From an uncultured cyanobacterium (GTDB lineage: Bacteria; Cyanobacteriota; Cyanobacteriia; Cyanobacteriales; CAWUOF01), in NCBI GenBank assembly GCA_963744145.1, contig CAVUSO010000001.1, positions 7,520,001-7,584,000 on the forward strand: a stretch of 64,000 bases of DNA, in the 5' to 3' direction. Made by a program: the position numbers and the translations under genes. Shown one piece after another: positions 30,059-40,949 of the stretch. Under the pieces are notes generated by a model, which saw only the letters and a list, made by a program, of their open reading frames with translations, made no database searches and was not told the DNA's origin. Position 1 is the first letter of the stretch. Every line of letters begins with the position of its first letter.

Positions 30059-31576
30059 ATGACTATGAGCGAGCATTCCGATGTTCGTGCTTTGCACCAC
30101 GAGGGAAAAACCCTGCTGAAGTCCGGTAAATATGCTGAAGCAGTTGCTAAGTTTGATCTGGTTTTAGCCAAAGGACCAGATTGGTACGAAGCTTGGTATG
30201 AGCGAGGTAAAGCACTCAGGGCTTTAGGAAAACTCCATGAAGCGATCGCGAGTTATGATCAAGCTTTAGCCCTCCGACCTGATGATTATTGGGCTTGGTA
30301 TAAACGGGGCAATGTTTTTGATCAGTTAAAGTTATTACCAGAAGCGATCGCCAGCTATCAACAAGCACTAAAATTAAGACCAGATGACTATTGGGCTTGG
30401 TATCGTGGTGGAGAAGGGTTACGTCGTTTGGGTCAATATCAAAGTGCGATTGAATATTATGATAAAGCTTTAGAACTCAGACCAGATGATTATTGGGCTT
30501 GGTATCGACGTGGTGATGCTTTACTAGGGCTGGAATCCTATCAGGAAGCTGTGATCTGTTATGATCGATCTCTAAAAATTGAACCCCGTGATTATTGGGC
30601 TTGGTATCATCGTGGTCAAGCTTTATTAAAATTAGGTCAGTATGAAGACGCAGTTTTGAGCTATCAGCGAGCTGTGGATATTGAGCCAAAAGATTATTGG
30701 GCTTGGTATGGAAAAGGGGAAGCTTTATGGGGATTAGGTAAGTATCAACCAGCAGTTTCCTGTTGGAAAAAAGCCACAGAAATAGAACCATTAGCAGGTG
30801 CAGCTTGGTATAAAACTGGTCAAGCACTGAGTGAATTAGGCTGTGATCAAGAAGCAATTGATTGTTTGCAAAAAGCTACAGAAATTTGTCCTGAACTATA
30901 TGAAGCTTGGCATCTTTGTGGGATTACTTGGCGTAATTTGGGTGAGTATGAAAAAGCTTTAGCTAGTTTTGAGCGGGGATTGGAACTTAAACCAGATGAT
31001 GCTCTAGCTTGGTTTAATCGTGGGGAAACATTAGCTAATTTAGAACGCTATCGATTAGCGATCGCGAGTTATGAAAATGCTTTAAAGTTTTTACCTAGTT
31101 ATGCTGAAGCTTGGAACAATCACGGCATTGCGTTGGTAATGTTAGGTCATGAGGAAGCTAGTCTGGCTAGTTTTGAAAATGCGATTCAGTACCGACCAGA
31201 CTATGGTAGAGCTTGGCATAATCATGGGCAAATACTTGGTCAATTAGGATACTATGCAGCAGCGATCGCTAGTTTTGATCAGGCTTTAAAAATTCAGTCA
31301 GATTATCCCCCATCTTGGACTTGGTATCATCGCGCTCAAGCTCTCATGTCGTTAGGTCGTTTGACAGACGCGATCACGAGTTTTGACCAAGTATTAGCTA
31401 TTCATCCCGACGATGCAGCAACTTGGTATGATCAAGCTTGTTGTTATGCGAAACAAAGTAATTTTGAAGCAGCCAAAATTAGTTTACAACAAGCAATTAA
31501 ATTAGCACCAAATTTATATATAGAAAAAGCCAAGTTAGAACCAGATTTTGAGCAAATTCGCACAATAATTATTTGA
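30059..31576 (+). CDS. Tetratricopeptide repeat protein
   Basis: About 13 34-aa repeats of the form AWY.RG.AL..LG.Y..A...YD.AL...P. Confidence 0.92.
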   Translation: MTMSEHSDVRALHHEGKTLLKSGKYAEAVAKFDLVLAKGPDWYEAWYERGKALRALGKLHEAIASYDQALALRPDDYWAWYKRGNVFDQLKLLPEAIASYQQALKLRPDDYWAWYRGGEGLRRLGQYQSAIEYYDKALELRPDDYWAWYRRGDALLGLESYQEAVICYDRSLKIEPRDYWAWYHRGQALLKLGQYEDAVLSYQRAVDIEPKDYWAWYGKGEALWGLGKYQPAVSCWKKATEIEPLAGAAWYKTGQALSELGCDQEAIDCLQKATEICPELYEAWHLCGITWRNLGEYEKALASFERGLELKPDDALAWFNRGETLANLERYRLAIASYENALKFLPSYAEAWNNHGIALVMLGHEEASLASFENAIQYRPDYGRAWHNHGQILGQLGYYAAAIASFDQALKIQSDYPPSWTWYHRAQALMSLGRLTDAITSFDQVLAIHPDDAATWYDQACCYAKQSNFEAAKISLQQAIKLAPNLYIEKAKLEPDFEQIRTIII

Positions 31577-31670
31577 GAAAATCAATAATTTTTAGACTGA
31601 TCAGCTATAATCATATTAGCCAACCTATTTAGTCCCTAATTTTCTTGCTAGTTAGCTGATATTTTCGGCC

Positions 31671-32279
31671 ATGTCTGAAAGGGAAGGAGAGCGAGTCATG
31701 GCAAAACGCTTAACAGAATTTTTTGATCCACGAACTTTAGAGATTACTCTCTCTGATATTGCTCAAGGGATGAATCAACCCTTAGAAAAAATCTCTTTTC
31801 CCACCTCAGACTGGAAATGGACGAGTATATTTTTAGTGGTCATTGAAGGTCATGGTGGAGAATTTGTCAGTTATCGGATTTTACAGTCATGGCTAAATCA
31901 AGTAATTCAATTAATTACTAATAGTAATAATTGGCAAGAATTAGAGGAATTATTAGAAGTAACTCTCTTAGAAATCCAAGACTATCCTTATCCAGATAGT
32001 CATAAAACTCGTTTATATGAAGTAATTGAAACTGCCAAAATTAGGTTGGAAACTCTCAAAGAAAAAGGAGTTGGTTTACAAATTGCTTGGGGATGGGCAA
32101 AAGGATGGGAAGTGGTAATTAAATATTGCTTGAATTGGCGATCGCTTAATTTAGCAAATCAACTTTTTACTACCCAACAAGAGGAATTTTCTTCCTATCC
32201 GGAAGTGCTAGAATGGGTACGCGAAATCGAACAAATACAACGAAGCAATTTATCTAAAAATTCCTCTGAATCGGGTTAG
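31671..32279 (+). CDS. Hypothetical protein
   Basis: 202-aa ORF; GGAG-type RBS before the alternative ATG at 31698. Confidence 0.7.
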   Translation: MSEREGERVMAKRLTEFFDPRTLEITLSDIAQGMNQPLEKISFPTSDWKWTSIFLVVIEGHGGEFVSYRILQSWLNQVIQLITNSNNWQELEELLEVTLLEIQDYPYPDSHKTRLYEVIETAKIRLETLKEKGVGLQIAWGWAKGWEVVIKYCLNWRSLNLANQLFTTQQEEFSSYPEVLEWVREIEQIQRSNLSKNSSESG

Positions 32280-32335
32280 ATTGATCTATTAATAAACCTA
32301 TTCCTACCAATTTTAAGCTCAATTTGCGGATTTCC

Positions 32336-33229
32336 GTAGGGGCAAAGCATTTCGGCAAATAAATAATTGCTAACACGAAGAATAATATTACCGAAATGCT
32401 TTGCCCTCGCCATTCATGAAACCAACCGATCAACTATATGCTGCTCTTGGGTTGATCTAGTCAATCGATTTGCTGCATAATTGGCCGAGGGCAAAGCATT
32501 CCGGTCTGAATTTTCTCGATTTAACCGATCGCTGATCTGCCGGAATGCGAAAGCCCCTACAAATCCGGACCTCGCCATTCATGAAACTAACCGATCAACT
32601 ATATGCTGCTCTTGGGTTGATCTAGTCAATCGATTTGCTGCATAATTGGCCGAGGGCAAAGCATTCCGGTCTGAATTTTCTCGATTTAACCGATCGCTGA
32701 TCTGCCGGAATGCGAAAGCCCCTACAAATCCGGACCTCGCCATTCATGAAACTAACCGATCAACTATATGCTGCTCTTGGGTTGATCTAGTCAATCGATT
32801 TGCTGCATAATTGGCCGAGGGCAAAGCATTCCGGTCTGAATTTTCTCGATTTAACCGATCGCTGATCTGCCGGAATGCGAAAGCCCCTACAAATCCGGAC
32901 CTCGCCATTCATGAAACTAACCGATCAACTATATGCTGCTCTTGGGTTGATCTAGTCAATCGATTTGCTGCATAATTGGCCGAGGGCAAAGCATTCCGGT
33001 CTGAATTTTCTCGATTTAACCGATCGCTGATCTGCCGGAATGCGAAAGCCCCTACAAATCCGGACCTCGCCATTCATGAAACTAACCGATCAACTATATG
33101 CTGCTTTTGGGTTGATCTAGTCAATCGATTTGCTGCATAATTGGCCGAGGGCAAAGCATTCCGGTCTGAATTTTCTCGATTTAACCGATCGCTAATCTGC
33201 CGGAATGCTTTGCCCCTACAAATCCGGAC
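32336..33229. repeat. REP-like element followed by 5 x 165-bp tandem array (BIME-like)
   Basis: Units start at 32405, 32570, 32735, 32900 and 33065; each holds a GGGCAAAGCATTCCGG...CCGGAATGC...GCCCCTAC hairpin. Confidence 0.93.
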
Positions 33230-33412
33230 AAAATTCTGTTTATAGTCAATCGATTTGCTGCATAAGGCGAAATATTTTATCCCAAGAAATCCATTTAAAA
33301 GCTATTCAATTAGTCGATCGCATCCATCAACTATCAAGGAATAATGCGATATCGAGTTTCAGGGAAAACATCAGAGTGCTGAAGCGCAACTACATACCTC
33401 AACCGAGATATT

Positions 33413-34267
33413 TCAAGCCATTTCCCAACATTCTTCCCGAATCAGGCGAATTTGTGCTAAAGCAAATATAGTTGGAATAATGCGGACGTAATTAGTCGCG
33501 ATCGCTCTCCAACCCAAATCAGCTAAGAACCAGGTCCATAATATCGGTCCTAACACATTAATCATAGTCCGAACAGCGCCATATCGAGCAGCACTAACAG
33601 CCATTCCACGTTTAGCAGTTTGGACAGCTACATATTTTTGGAATTGAGTTGCTCCGACTACACTACCTTGTAACAAAGCTTCTCGAGCAATTTGATATTG
33701 AGCAAATTGGATTGCTACTCTCCGTGCCATTTCTTGGAGTAAGATCGGTTTAATCACTGAACTAAGTGCCAAAGCACTACCACCTTTTACCAATAAACTG
33801 ATCGGATCACGTAGGATCTCTAGGGGGATAGCATAATTAGATTGGGCTAGACTAGATTTTACTCTATGGTTTAATACTTCTTGGTCATTTTTTGGCAATT
33901 TTGTCCAAGCTTTCCCTAATAAATTTAAAAATACCTCTGCTTCTAAATCTGTGGTAGACAATCGGTGAGAGTAACAAATTTTCAGGTAACGACAAACCTG
34001 AATTAAAGCTTGTCTATAGGTAAATTCCCCAGTTTTTCCTCTTAATACCGTAATTCCATCTGCTGCTAAAAACCGAAATCTTTGTTCGAGAGCATCGATC
34101 CATGCTTGTCGATCGCGACTTTTCACATCAATCGGATGAGGTGTGTGTAAATAATCTAAGGGATTAAAGCGACGACTAAACAGAATATCAGTTAGTTGCT
34201 GCAATTCCTCTGGTGTGGCTAATTCCAATCCTGATCTTAACTCGTCCAACTTAGCTCCCTCCATCAT
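33413..34267 (-). CDS. YaaW-like (UPF0174) conserved protein
   Basis: LELAT.EEL, RFRFLAADG, WRAIATNY.RIIP.IF.LAQIRL motifs. Confidence 0.8.
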   Translation of the reverse strand: MMEGAKLDELRSGLELATPEELQQLTDILFSRRFNPLDYLHTPHPIDVKSRDRQAWIDALEQRFRFLAADGITVLRGKTGEFTYRQALIQVCRYLKICYSHRLSTTDLEAEVFLNLLGKAWTKLPKNDQEVLNHRVKSSLAQSNYAIPLEILRDPISLLVKGGSALALSSVIKPILLQEMARRVAIQFAQYQIAREALLQGSVVGATQFQKYVAVQTAKRGMAVSAARYGAVRTMINVLGPILWTWFLADLGWRAIATNYVRIIPTIFALAQIRLIREECWEMA

Positions 34268-34398
34268 TACCTGTTATTCTTGCTTGGATATTTTCTGGGG
34301 ATCGGGGGTTTTCTGGTTGCCAACTCGAGAACTTAGTTACCCAGATTATAATATGATTATTTCAACGGCATCCCATCGGTCAAACTATTGAAGTAAGC

Positions 34399-35520
34399 AT
34401 GGATCAAAGTCATCATATTTTTGATATTGTGGTAATTGGGGCTGGTATGGCTGGGTTAGTAGTAGCGCAACAACTCCACCATGCTGGTTATCAGGTGCTA
34501 GTGGTAGAAAAATCGCGCGGGTTAGGGGGAAGATTAGCCACACGTCGGTTTGATCATAGCTGTGCTGATCATGGTACACCTTTTTTAGAACCGATCAGCG
34601 ATTTATTGCAACCTTTAGTGCAGGTTTTAGTCGATCGCGGTCAAGTTGTCCCTTGGTCCGATCGGGTTTATAGTATTGGTGCTGATCACCAGCTCCAGGT
34701 TTCAACACAATGGTGTCCTTATTATATTGCACCAACCGGGATGAGTGCGATCGCGAAATTAATCGCGGTTGATTTAAACATTTGGCTCAACCATCGGGTC
34801 AATGGAATTAGCCTAACAGACGATCATCACTGGCATCTTACCTTAGAACAGACCGATGGTAGTAGCGAAAATTTGACGGAATTAACAGCAAAAGCAATTG
34901 TAGTCGCAATTCCTGCACCACAAGCTTTAATCCTCTTAGAACCTTTAACCTTAATGGGATTACCCCCAGAATTAATTGAGAATTTAAGGACAGTCAAGTT
35001 TGATCCTTGTATAAGTGCGATCGCGCGTTATCCCCAAGAACGACAACGGGATTTAGCATTACGAGAAACTGCTTGGAGAGCGGTAGTTTTTCCTGATGAT
35101 GATGATTTAGCTTGGATTGGTTGGGATAGTAGCAAACGGATCGACGCAAAAAAACCTGTCTTTGTCCTGCGTAGTAAACCTAGTTTTGCTGAAAATTATT
35201 TAGATGTCACTGATTTACAAAGTGCTGGAGAGCAATTATTAGCTCGTGCTGCACATTATTTAATTCCTTGGTTAAATGAACCAGAGTTGCTCCAAATCCA
35301 TAAATGGCGTTATGCTTTTCCTAGTCGTTCATGGACTCAAGCTTGTCTAGGTACGGACATCCCCTTACCCTTAGTTTGTTGTGGTGATTGGTGTGGGGAA
35401 AATTTAATCGAAAGTGCTGTTTCTTCTGGATTAGCTGCGGCTCACCAAGTTAATCTACATTTAGCACAAAAAAAACTAATTCCTTCAGCAGCTTTTTGGC
35501 AAGTTATCACTAAAATGTAG
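34399..35520 (+). CDS. FAD/NAD(P)-dependent oxidoreductase (renalase-like)
   Basis: IGAGMAGL, EKSRGLGGRLATRR, DHG, WRYA, CGDW motifs. Confidence 0.9.
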   Translation: MDQSHHIFDIVVIGAGMAGLVVAQQLHHAGYQVLVVEKSRGLGGRLATRRFDHSCADHGTPFLEPISDLLQPLVQVLVDRGQVVPWSDRVYSIGADHQLQVSTQWCPYYIAPTGMSAIAKLIAVDLNIWLNHRVNGISLTDDHHWHLTLEQTDGSSENLTELTAKAIVVAIPAPQALILLEPLTLMGLPPELIENLRTVKFDPCISAIARYPQERQRDLALRETAWRAVVFPDDDDLAWIGWDSSKRIDAKKPVFVLRSKPSFAENYLDVTDLQSAGEQLLARAAHYLIPWLNEPELLQIHKWRYAFPSRSWTQACLGTDIPLPLVCCGDWCGENLIESAVSSGLAAAHQVNLHLAQKKLIPSAAFWQVITKM

Positions 35521-35542
35521 TTAAACTGTGATAAATTTTTTT

Positions 35543-36325
35543 ATGAAGACTGAGCCTGTAGATCCTCAATCCCTCCTTAATTTCCCAGTAGAACAAAGCT
35601 CCGTCATTCCTAACTCAGTGATTGTGCGTTTAGAAAATATTGATAAGTTCTATGGTATTGGAGAAATAGAAGTTCGGGCACTAAATAATGTTAGTCTCAC
35701 GATCGAAGCAGGTGAGTATTGCTCAATTATGGGTGCTTCTGGTTCAGGAAAATCCACAGTCATGAATATTATTGGGTGTTTGGATCGTCCTACCAATGGT
35801 CACTACTATTTAGATCGGTTAGATGTATCTCAACTTCCAGAAAAAGATTTAGCTAAGATTCGCAATGTCAAGTTAGGGTTTGTGTTTCAACAATTTCATT
35901 TATTACCCCAGTTAACCGCATTGGAAAATGTCATGTTACCCATGGTTTATGCTGGTGTGAAAAATGATGAACGTCGGGAACGCGCAACCACAGCATTGAC
36001 CAAGGTAGGATTAGATCATCGCATGAATAATAAACCTTCCCAGTTGTCGGGAGGACAACAACAACGGGTCGCGATCGCTCGTGCTATTGTGAATCGTCCT
36101 GTTTTAATTCTCGCTGATGAACCTACTGGTGCTTTGGATTCCAAAACTACTCAAGAGGTAATTGATATTTTTTCGGAATTGAATGCTAGTGGGATTACTA
36201 TTGTGATGGTAACTCACGAACCTGATGTGGCTCGTTGTACTAATCGGATTGTTTGGTTTCGTGATGGTGAAATTATCCATTCCCATCTCACTCCTGATGA
36301 TCTCAGTCATGCTAATTCTTTTTAA
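35543..36325 (+). CDS. ABC transporter ATP-binding protein (LolD/MacB-like)
   Basis: [32 protein letters not shown] motifs. Confidence 0.93.
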   Translation: MKTEPVDPQSLLNFPVEQSSVIPNSVIVRLENIDKFYGIGEIEVRALNNVSLTIEAGEYCSIMGASGSGKSTVMNIIGCLDRPTNGHYYLDRLDVSQLPEKDLAKIRNVKLGFVFQQFHLLPQLTALENVMLPMVYAGVKNDERRERATTALTKVGLDHRMNNKPSQLSGGQQQRVAIARAIVNRPVLILADEPTGALDSKTTQEVIDIFSELNASGITIVMVTHEPDVARCTNRIVWFRDGEIIHSHLTPDDLSHANSF

Positions 36326-36348
36326 TAGACAAGAAACCAAAAATAACT

Positions 36349-36439
36349 AGGACAGTCAAGATGACTGTCCCACAGTAGTCATTGGTTTTGGTGGGACAGA
36401 CATCTTGTCTGTCAGATCATAAGACTTTTGCAAGAAGTC
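36349..36439. repeat. REP-like doublet (GTGGGACAG family)
   Basis: GACAGTCAAGATGACTGTCCCAC and GTGGGACAGACATCTTGTCTGTC in inverted orientation; related copy near 40376-40398. Confidence 0.6.
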
Positions 36440-36500
36440 CAATGGCTATTTTTGTTGTATGCTGAAGAAAATTTCATCCTAATTAGGTAATTTAACCGGA

Positions 36501-36953
36501 ATGCAGATCCAATTTCGCGAATATGACCCTTTTGATCTCTGGATCTGGATCGAGTTTAGCACCGTTCCATCTGGGGGAGAAAAGCAATATGTAGAAGAAT
36601 TATTTAATTCCTGGTTTTTTTTAGGAAAATTAGGAGGGTTTAATGCGGAAAATCTACAAGTCCAGGATGAAGGATTAGAGATTAGTCAGATGGACTATGA
36701 TCTAGACATGGCGGAAAATAGTATGATGGCATTAATGCACAATATGGGAGAATTTGAATATCAAGGTAAATGGGGTCGTTGTTGGTTTGACTTAGGGACC
36801 AGCGATGCGATCGCTCTTGATGTTTTAATTAATGCTTGTAGACAACTCAGTCGAGAATTTGTCACCCTCGAAAAATTGATTATCGGTGGTGAAAATAAAA
36901 ATTGGACTGTAGATCGAAATAAGCGGTTGGAAAATTTTATTGGAGATAACTAA
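36501..36953 (+). CDS. DUF3531-like conserved cyanobacterial protein
   Basis: SWFFLGKLGGFNAENLQV, MHNMGEFEYQG, WFDLGTSD motifs. Confidence 0.8.
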   Translation: MQIQFREYDPFDLWIWIEFSTVPSGGEKQYVEELFNSWFFLGKLGGFNAENLQVQDEGLEISQMDYDLDMAENSMMALMHNMGEFEYQGKWGRCWFDLGTSDAIALDVLINACRQLSREFVTLEKLIIGGENKNWTVDRNKRLENFIGDN

Positions 36954-36960
36954 ACTAACT

Positions 36961-37395
36961 ATGTCTCACAAAACTGGGGAAATCAGGGTATTAGCTTTGG
37001 GGATAATTCGAGATCAGGATCGGATATTTATCTCGGAAGGATACGATCCCGCTAAACAAACCACCTTTTATCGAGTAATGGGGGGTGGAGTTGACTTCGG
37101 AGAAACCAGTTATGCTGCTTTACAACGAGAATTTCAAGAAGAAATTCAAGCTGAATTAACAAATATTAAATATTTGGGTTGCTTAGAAAATATCTTTGTC
37201 TTTAATGGTAAACCAGGACATGAATTAATTCAACTTTACCAAGGTGATTTTGTCGATCGCAAATTTTATCAATTAGAAGAAATCATATTCGCTGAAGGTG
37301 AAAGAAGAAAAAAAGCACTTTGGGTGGATATCCAGAAATTTGCATCAGGAGAATTAAGAATCGTTCCGGAAAATTTCCTCACTTATCTTCAATAA
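36961..37395 (+). CDS. NUDIX hydrolase
   Basis: Nudix box GGGVDFGETSYAALQREFQEEI. Confidence 0.9.
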   Translation: MSHKTGEIRVLALGIIRDQDRIFISEGYDPAKQTTFYRVMGGGVDFGETSYAALQREFQEEIQAELTNIKYLGCLENIFVFNGKPGHELIQLYQGDFVDRKFYQLEEIIFAEGERRKKALWVDIQKFASGELRIVPENFLTYLQ

Positions 37396-37401
37396 TGATC
37401 A

Positions 37402-38520
37402 TTATTTCAGAGCAGAGATATTGTTAAACCAACCACGTTTCCAGAAATAGTAAACCAAACAACTGGCGATCGCGAGCATTAACAATAAACAAATCGGATA
37501 ACCCCAATAAGCATTCAATTCTGGCATATTGAAGGGAGATTTATCAGTATTAAAATTCATCCCATAGACCCCAGCAATAAAAGTCAAGGGAATAAAAATG
37601 GTAGAAATAATGGTGAGTAATTTCATAATTTCATTCATTTTATTACTCACCGAAGACAAATAAACATCCATTAAACTAGCAGCAATTTCCCGATAACTTT
37701 CCACCATATCCATTACTTGAACTGCGTGATTATAAGAATCGCGTAAATAAATCCGAATCTCCGGACTAATCAGATCACTACCATCACGAATTAAAATATT
37801 AATCGCATCTCGTTGGGACCAAATTGCTCGACGCAGAGAAAGTAATCTACGTCGAATATGATAAATTTTTTCCAAAGTCTGGGAATTCGGATTATTGACT
37901 ACTTCCGTTTCTAAAAATTCAATTTGTTCACCATACTCTTCCAGGACAGGAAAAAAACCGTCAATAATCGCATCAATTAAAGCATAAGCTAAAAAATCAG
38001 CTCCCTGCTTCCGGATATTACCTTTATTATTAGTAATGCGATCGCGAACTGGATCAAAGCAATCATATTCTGGTTCTTCTTGGACTGTAAGTAAATAATC
38101 CTTCCCTAAAACGAGACTAACTTGCTCTTTGTGAAAACGATTTGATCCAGATTTTAATAGCACCATCCAAACAATAATCACTAGCTGATCATCATAATCC
38201 ACCACTTTCGGACGCTGAGGTACATTTACCACATCTTCTAGAGTAAGAGGATGCAAGTTAAATAGCTTTCCAAATTTATCCCAAGTATCCTCATTACCCA
38301 ATCCTTGCACATCTACCCAAGTAACAGATTCACTATCGACAAAATTGGCACATTCTTCGGGAGAGTTGACGTTGATGTGAGTAGCCGTAAATTCATTATA
38401 GTTAATTAAGACTAGATTCGGAGGTAGAGCATCTGCATCTAAATCAAGATATCCTGGCAATCGACCTGGTTGATCATAAAAGTAATCTAAATGGGAATCA
38501 TCTTCACGTTCATTGTTCAT
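37402..38520 (-). CDS. corA: Magnesium/cobalt transporter CorA
   Basis: LHPLTLED, QRPK, YGMNF, MPEL and two C-terminal TMs. Confidence 0.95.
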   Translation of the reverse strand: MNNEREDDSHLDYFYDQPGRLPGYLDLDADALPPNLVLINYNEFTATHINVNSPEECANFVDSESVTWVDVQGLGNEDTWDKFGKLFNLHPLTLEDVVNVPQRPKVVDYDDQLVIIVWMVLLKSGSNRFHKEQVSLVLGKDYLLTVQEEPEYDCFDPVRDRITNNKGNIRKQGADFLAYALIDAIIDGFFPVLEEYGEQIEFLETEVVNNPNSQTLEKIYHIRRRLLSLRRAIWSQRDAINILIRDGSDLISPEIRIYLRDSYNHAVQVMDMVESYREIAASLMDVYLSSVSNKMNEIMKLLTIISTIFIPLTFIAGVYGMNFNTDKSPFNMPELNAYWGYPICLLLMLAIASCLVYYFWKRGWFNNISALK

Positions 38521-38550
38521 GGTTAATTAGTTAGGGTAACTTTTCAGCGG

Positions 38551-38582
38551 AAAAAGCAGTTTGTTTTAACAAACTGCTTTTT
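38551..38582 (-). terminator. Intrinsic terminator of groEL
   Basis: Palindrome AAAAAGCAGTTTGTT-TT-AACAAACTGCTTTTT. Confidence 0.8.
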
Positions 38583-38606
38583 ACCTAGTATGCAGCTAGT
38601 AGGATA

Positions 38607-40286
<1,680 letters not shown>

Positions 40287-40301
40287 TTACTAATAGCTAA
40301 T

Positions 40302-40328
40302 TTAGCACTCTAACGGTCTGAGTGCTAA
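40302..40328. promoter_or_regulatory. CIRCE element (HrcA operator)
   Basis: Perfect TTAGCACTC-N9-GAGTGCTAA 33 bp upstream of groEL. Confidence 0.96.
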
Positions 40329-40453
40329 AAAATTTTCTCGTTGCTCAAGTTTTTTTTTGTGAAAAAAGATCAGATGTGGGACAGGCATCTTGCCTGTCCA
40401 TAAATTGGCCAATCAGGACTTTTGCTTTCTTGTCTAATACCTGGAACCGGATA

Positions 40454-40610
40454 CAATACGGTTCGTTTAAGGATATTTTGGGAGATATCGACGGAAGAAG
40501 GGCGAAGCATTCGGACATAATATTAACGGGTTTAAGCAATAAATTATCGCCCGAATGCTATGCCTCCGGCACGCTACGCGAACGCCCCTACACTTAACCG
40601 AACCGTATTG
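40454..40610. mobile_element. 157-bp MITE with 18-bp TIRs and 10-bp TSD
   Basis: TIRs CAATACGGTTCGTTTAAG / CTTAACCGAACCGTATTG; TSD GAACCGGATA at 40444-40453 and 40611-40620. Confidence 0.88.
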
Positions 40611-40662
40611 GAACCGGATAATTAATTTAGGTCTACCAGGATATTTTTACAGAGAATTAGTA

Positions 40663-40687
40663 TATATTGAGAATTAATATCAATATA
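40663..40687 (+). promoter_or_regulatory. Putative Fur box upstream of feoAB
   Basis: Palindrome TATATTGA-GAATTAATA-TCAATATA resembling ATTGAnAATnATTnTCAAT. Confidence 0.7.
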
Positions 40688-40704
40688 CTGAGAGTTTCTT
40701 GCAA

Positions 40705-40941
40705 ATGGCTACTACTAACCTCAATAGTCTTAAACCTGGTCAGTCGGCTAAAATTATCGGTTTACACCTAGATGCGAGCCTTAAACACCGTCTCTATGCT
40801 TTGGGTTTCCGTTATGGACAAGAAATTCATCTCCTGCGACAAGGCTGGATGTCTGGGCCATTACATCTCCGGATTTGCATGACAGAAGTAATGTTGCGTC
40901 GTTCTGATGCAGCTCAGGTTCAGGTTGCATCAATTAATTAG
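40705..40941 (+). CDS. feoA: Ferrous iron transport protein A
   Basis: RLYALGF..G..I, GPL, V.LRRSDA pattern; precedes feoB. Confidence 0.9.
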   Translation: MATTNLNSLKPGQSAKIIGLHLDASLKHRLYALGFRYGQEIHLLRQGWMSGPLHLRICMTEVMLRRSDAAQVQVASIN

Positions 40942-40949
40942 GTAAATAA

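Noticed and set aside
32405..33229. Possible CRISPR array
   Set aside because: Units are 165 bp and essentially identical, with no unique spacers and no cas genes.
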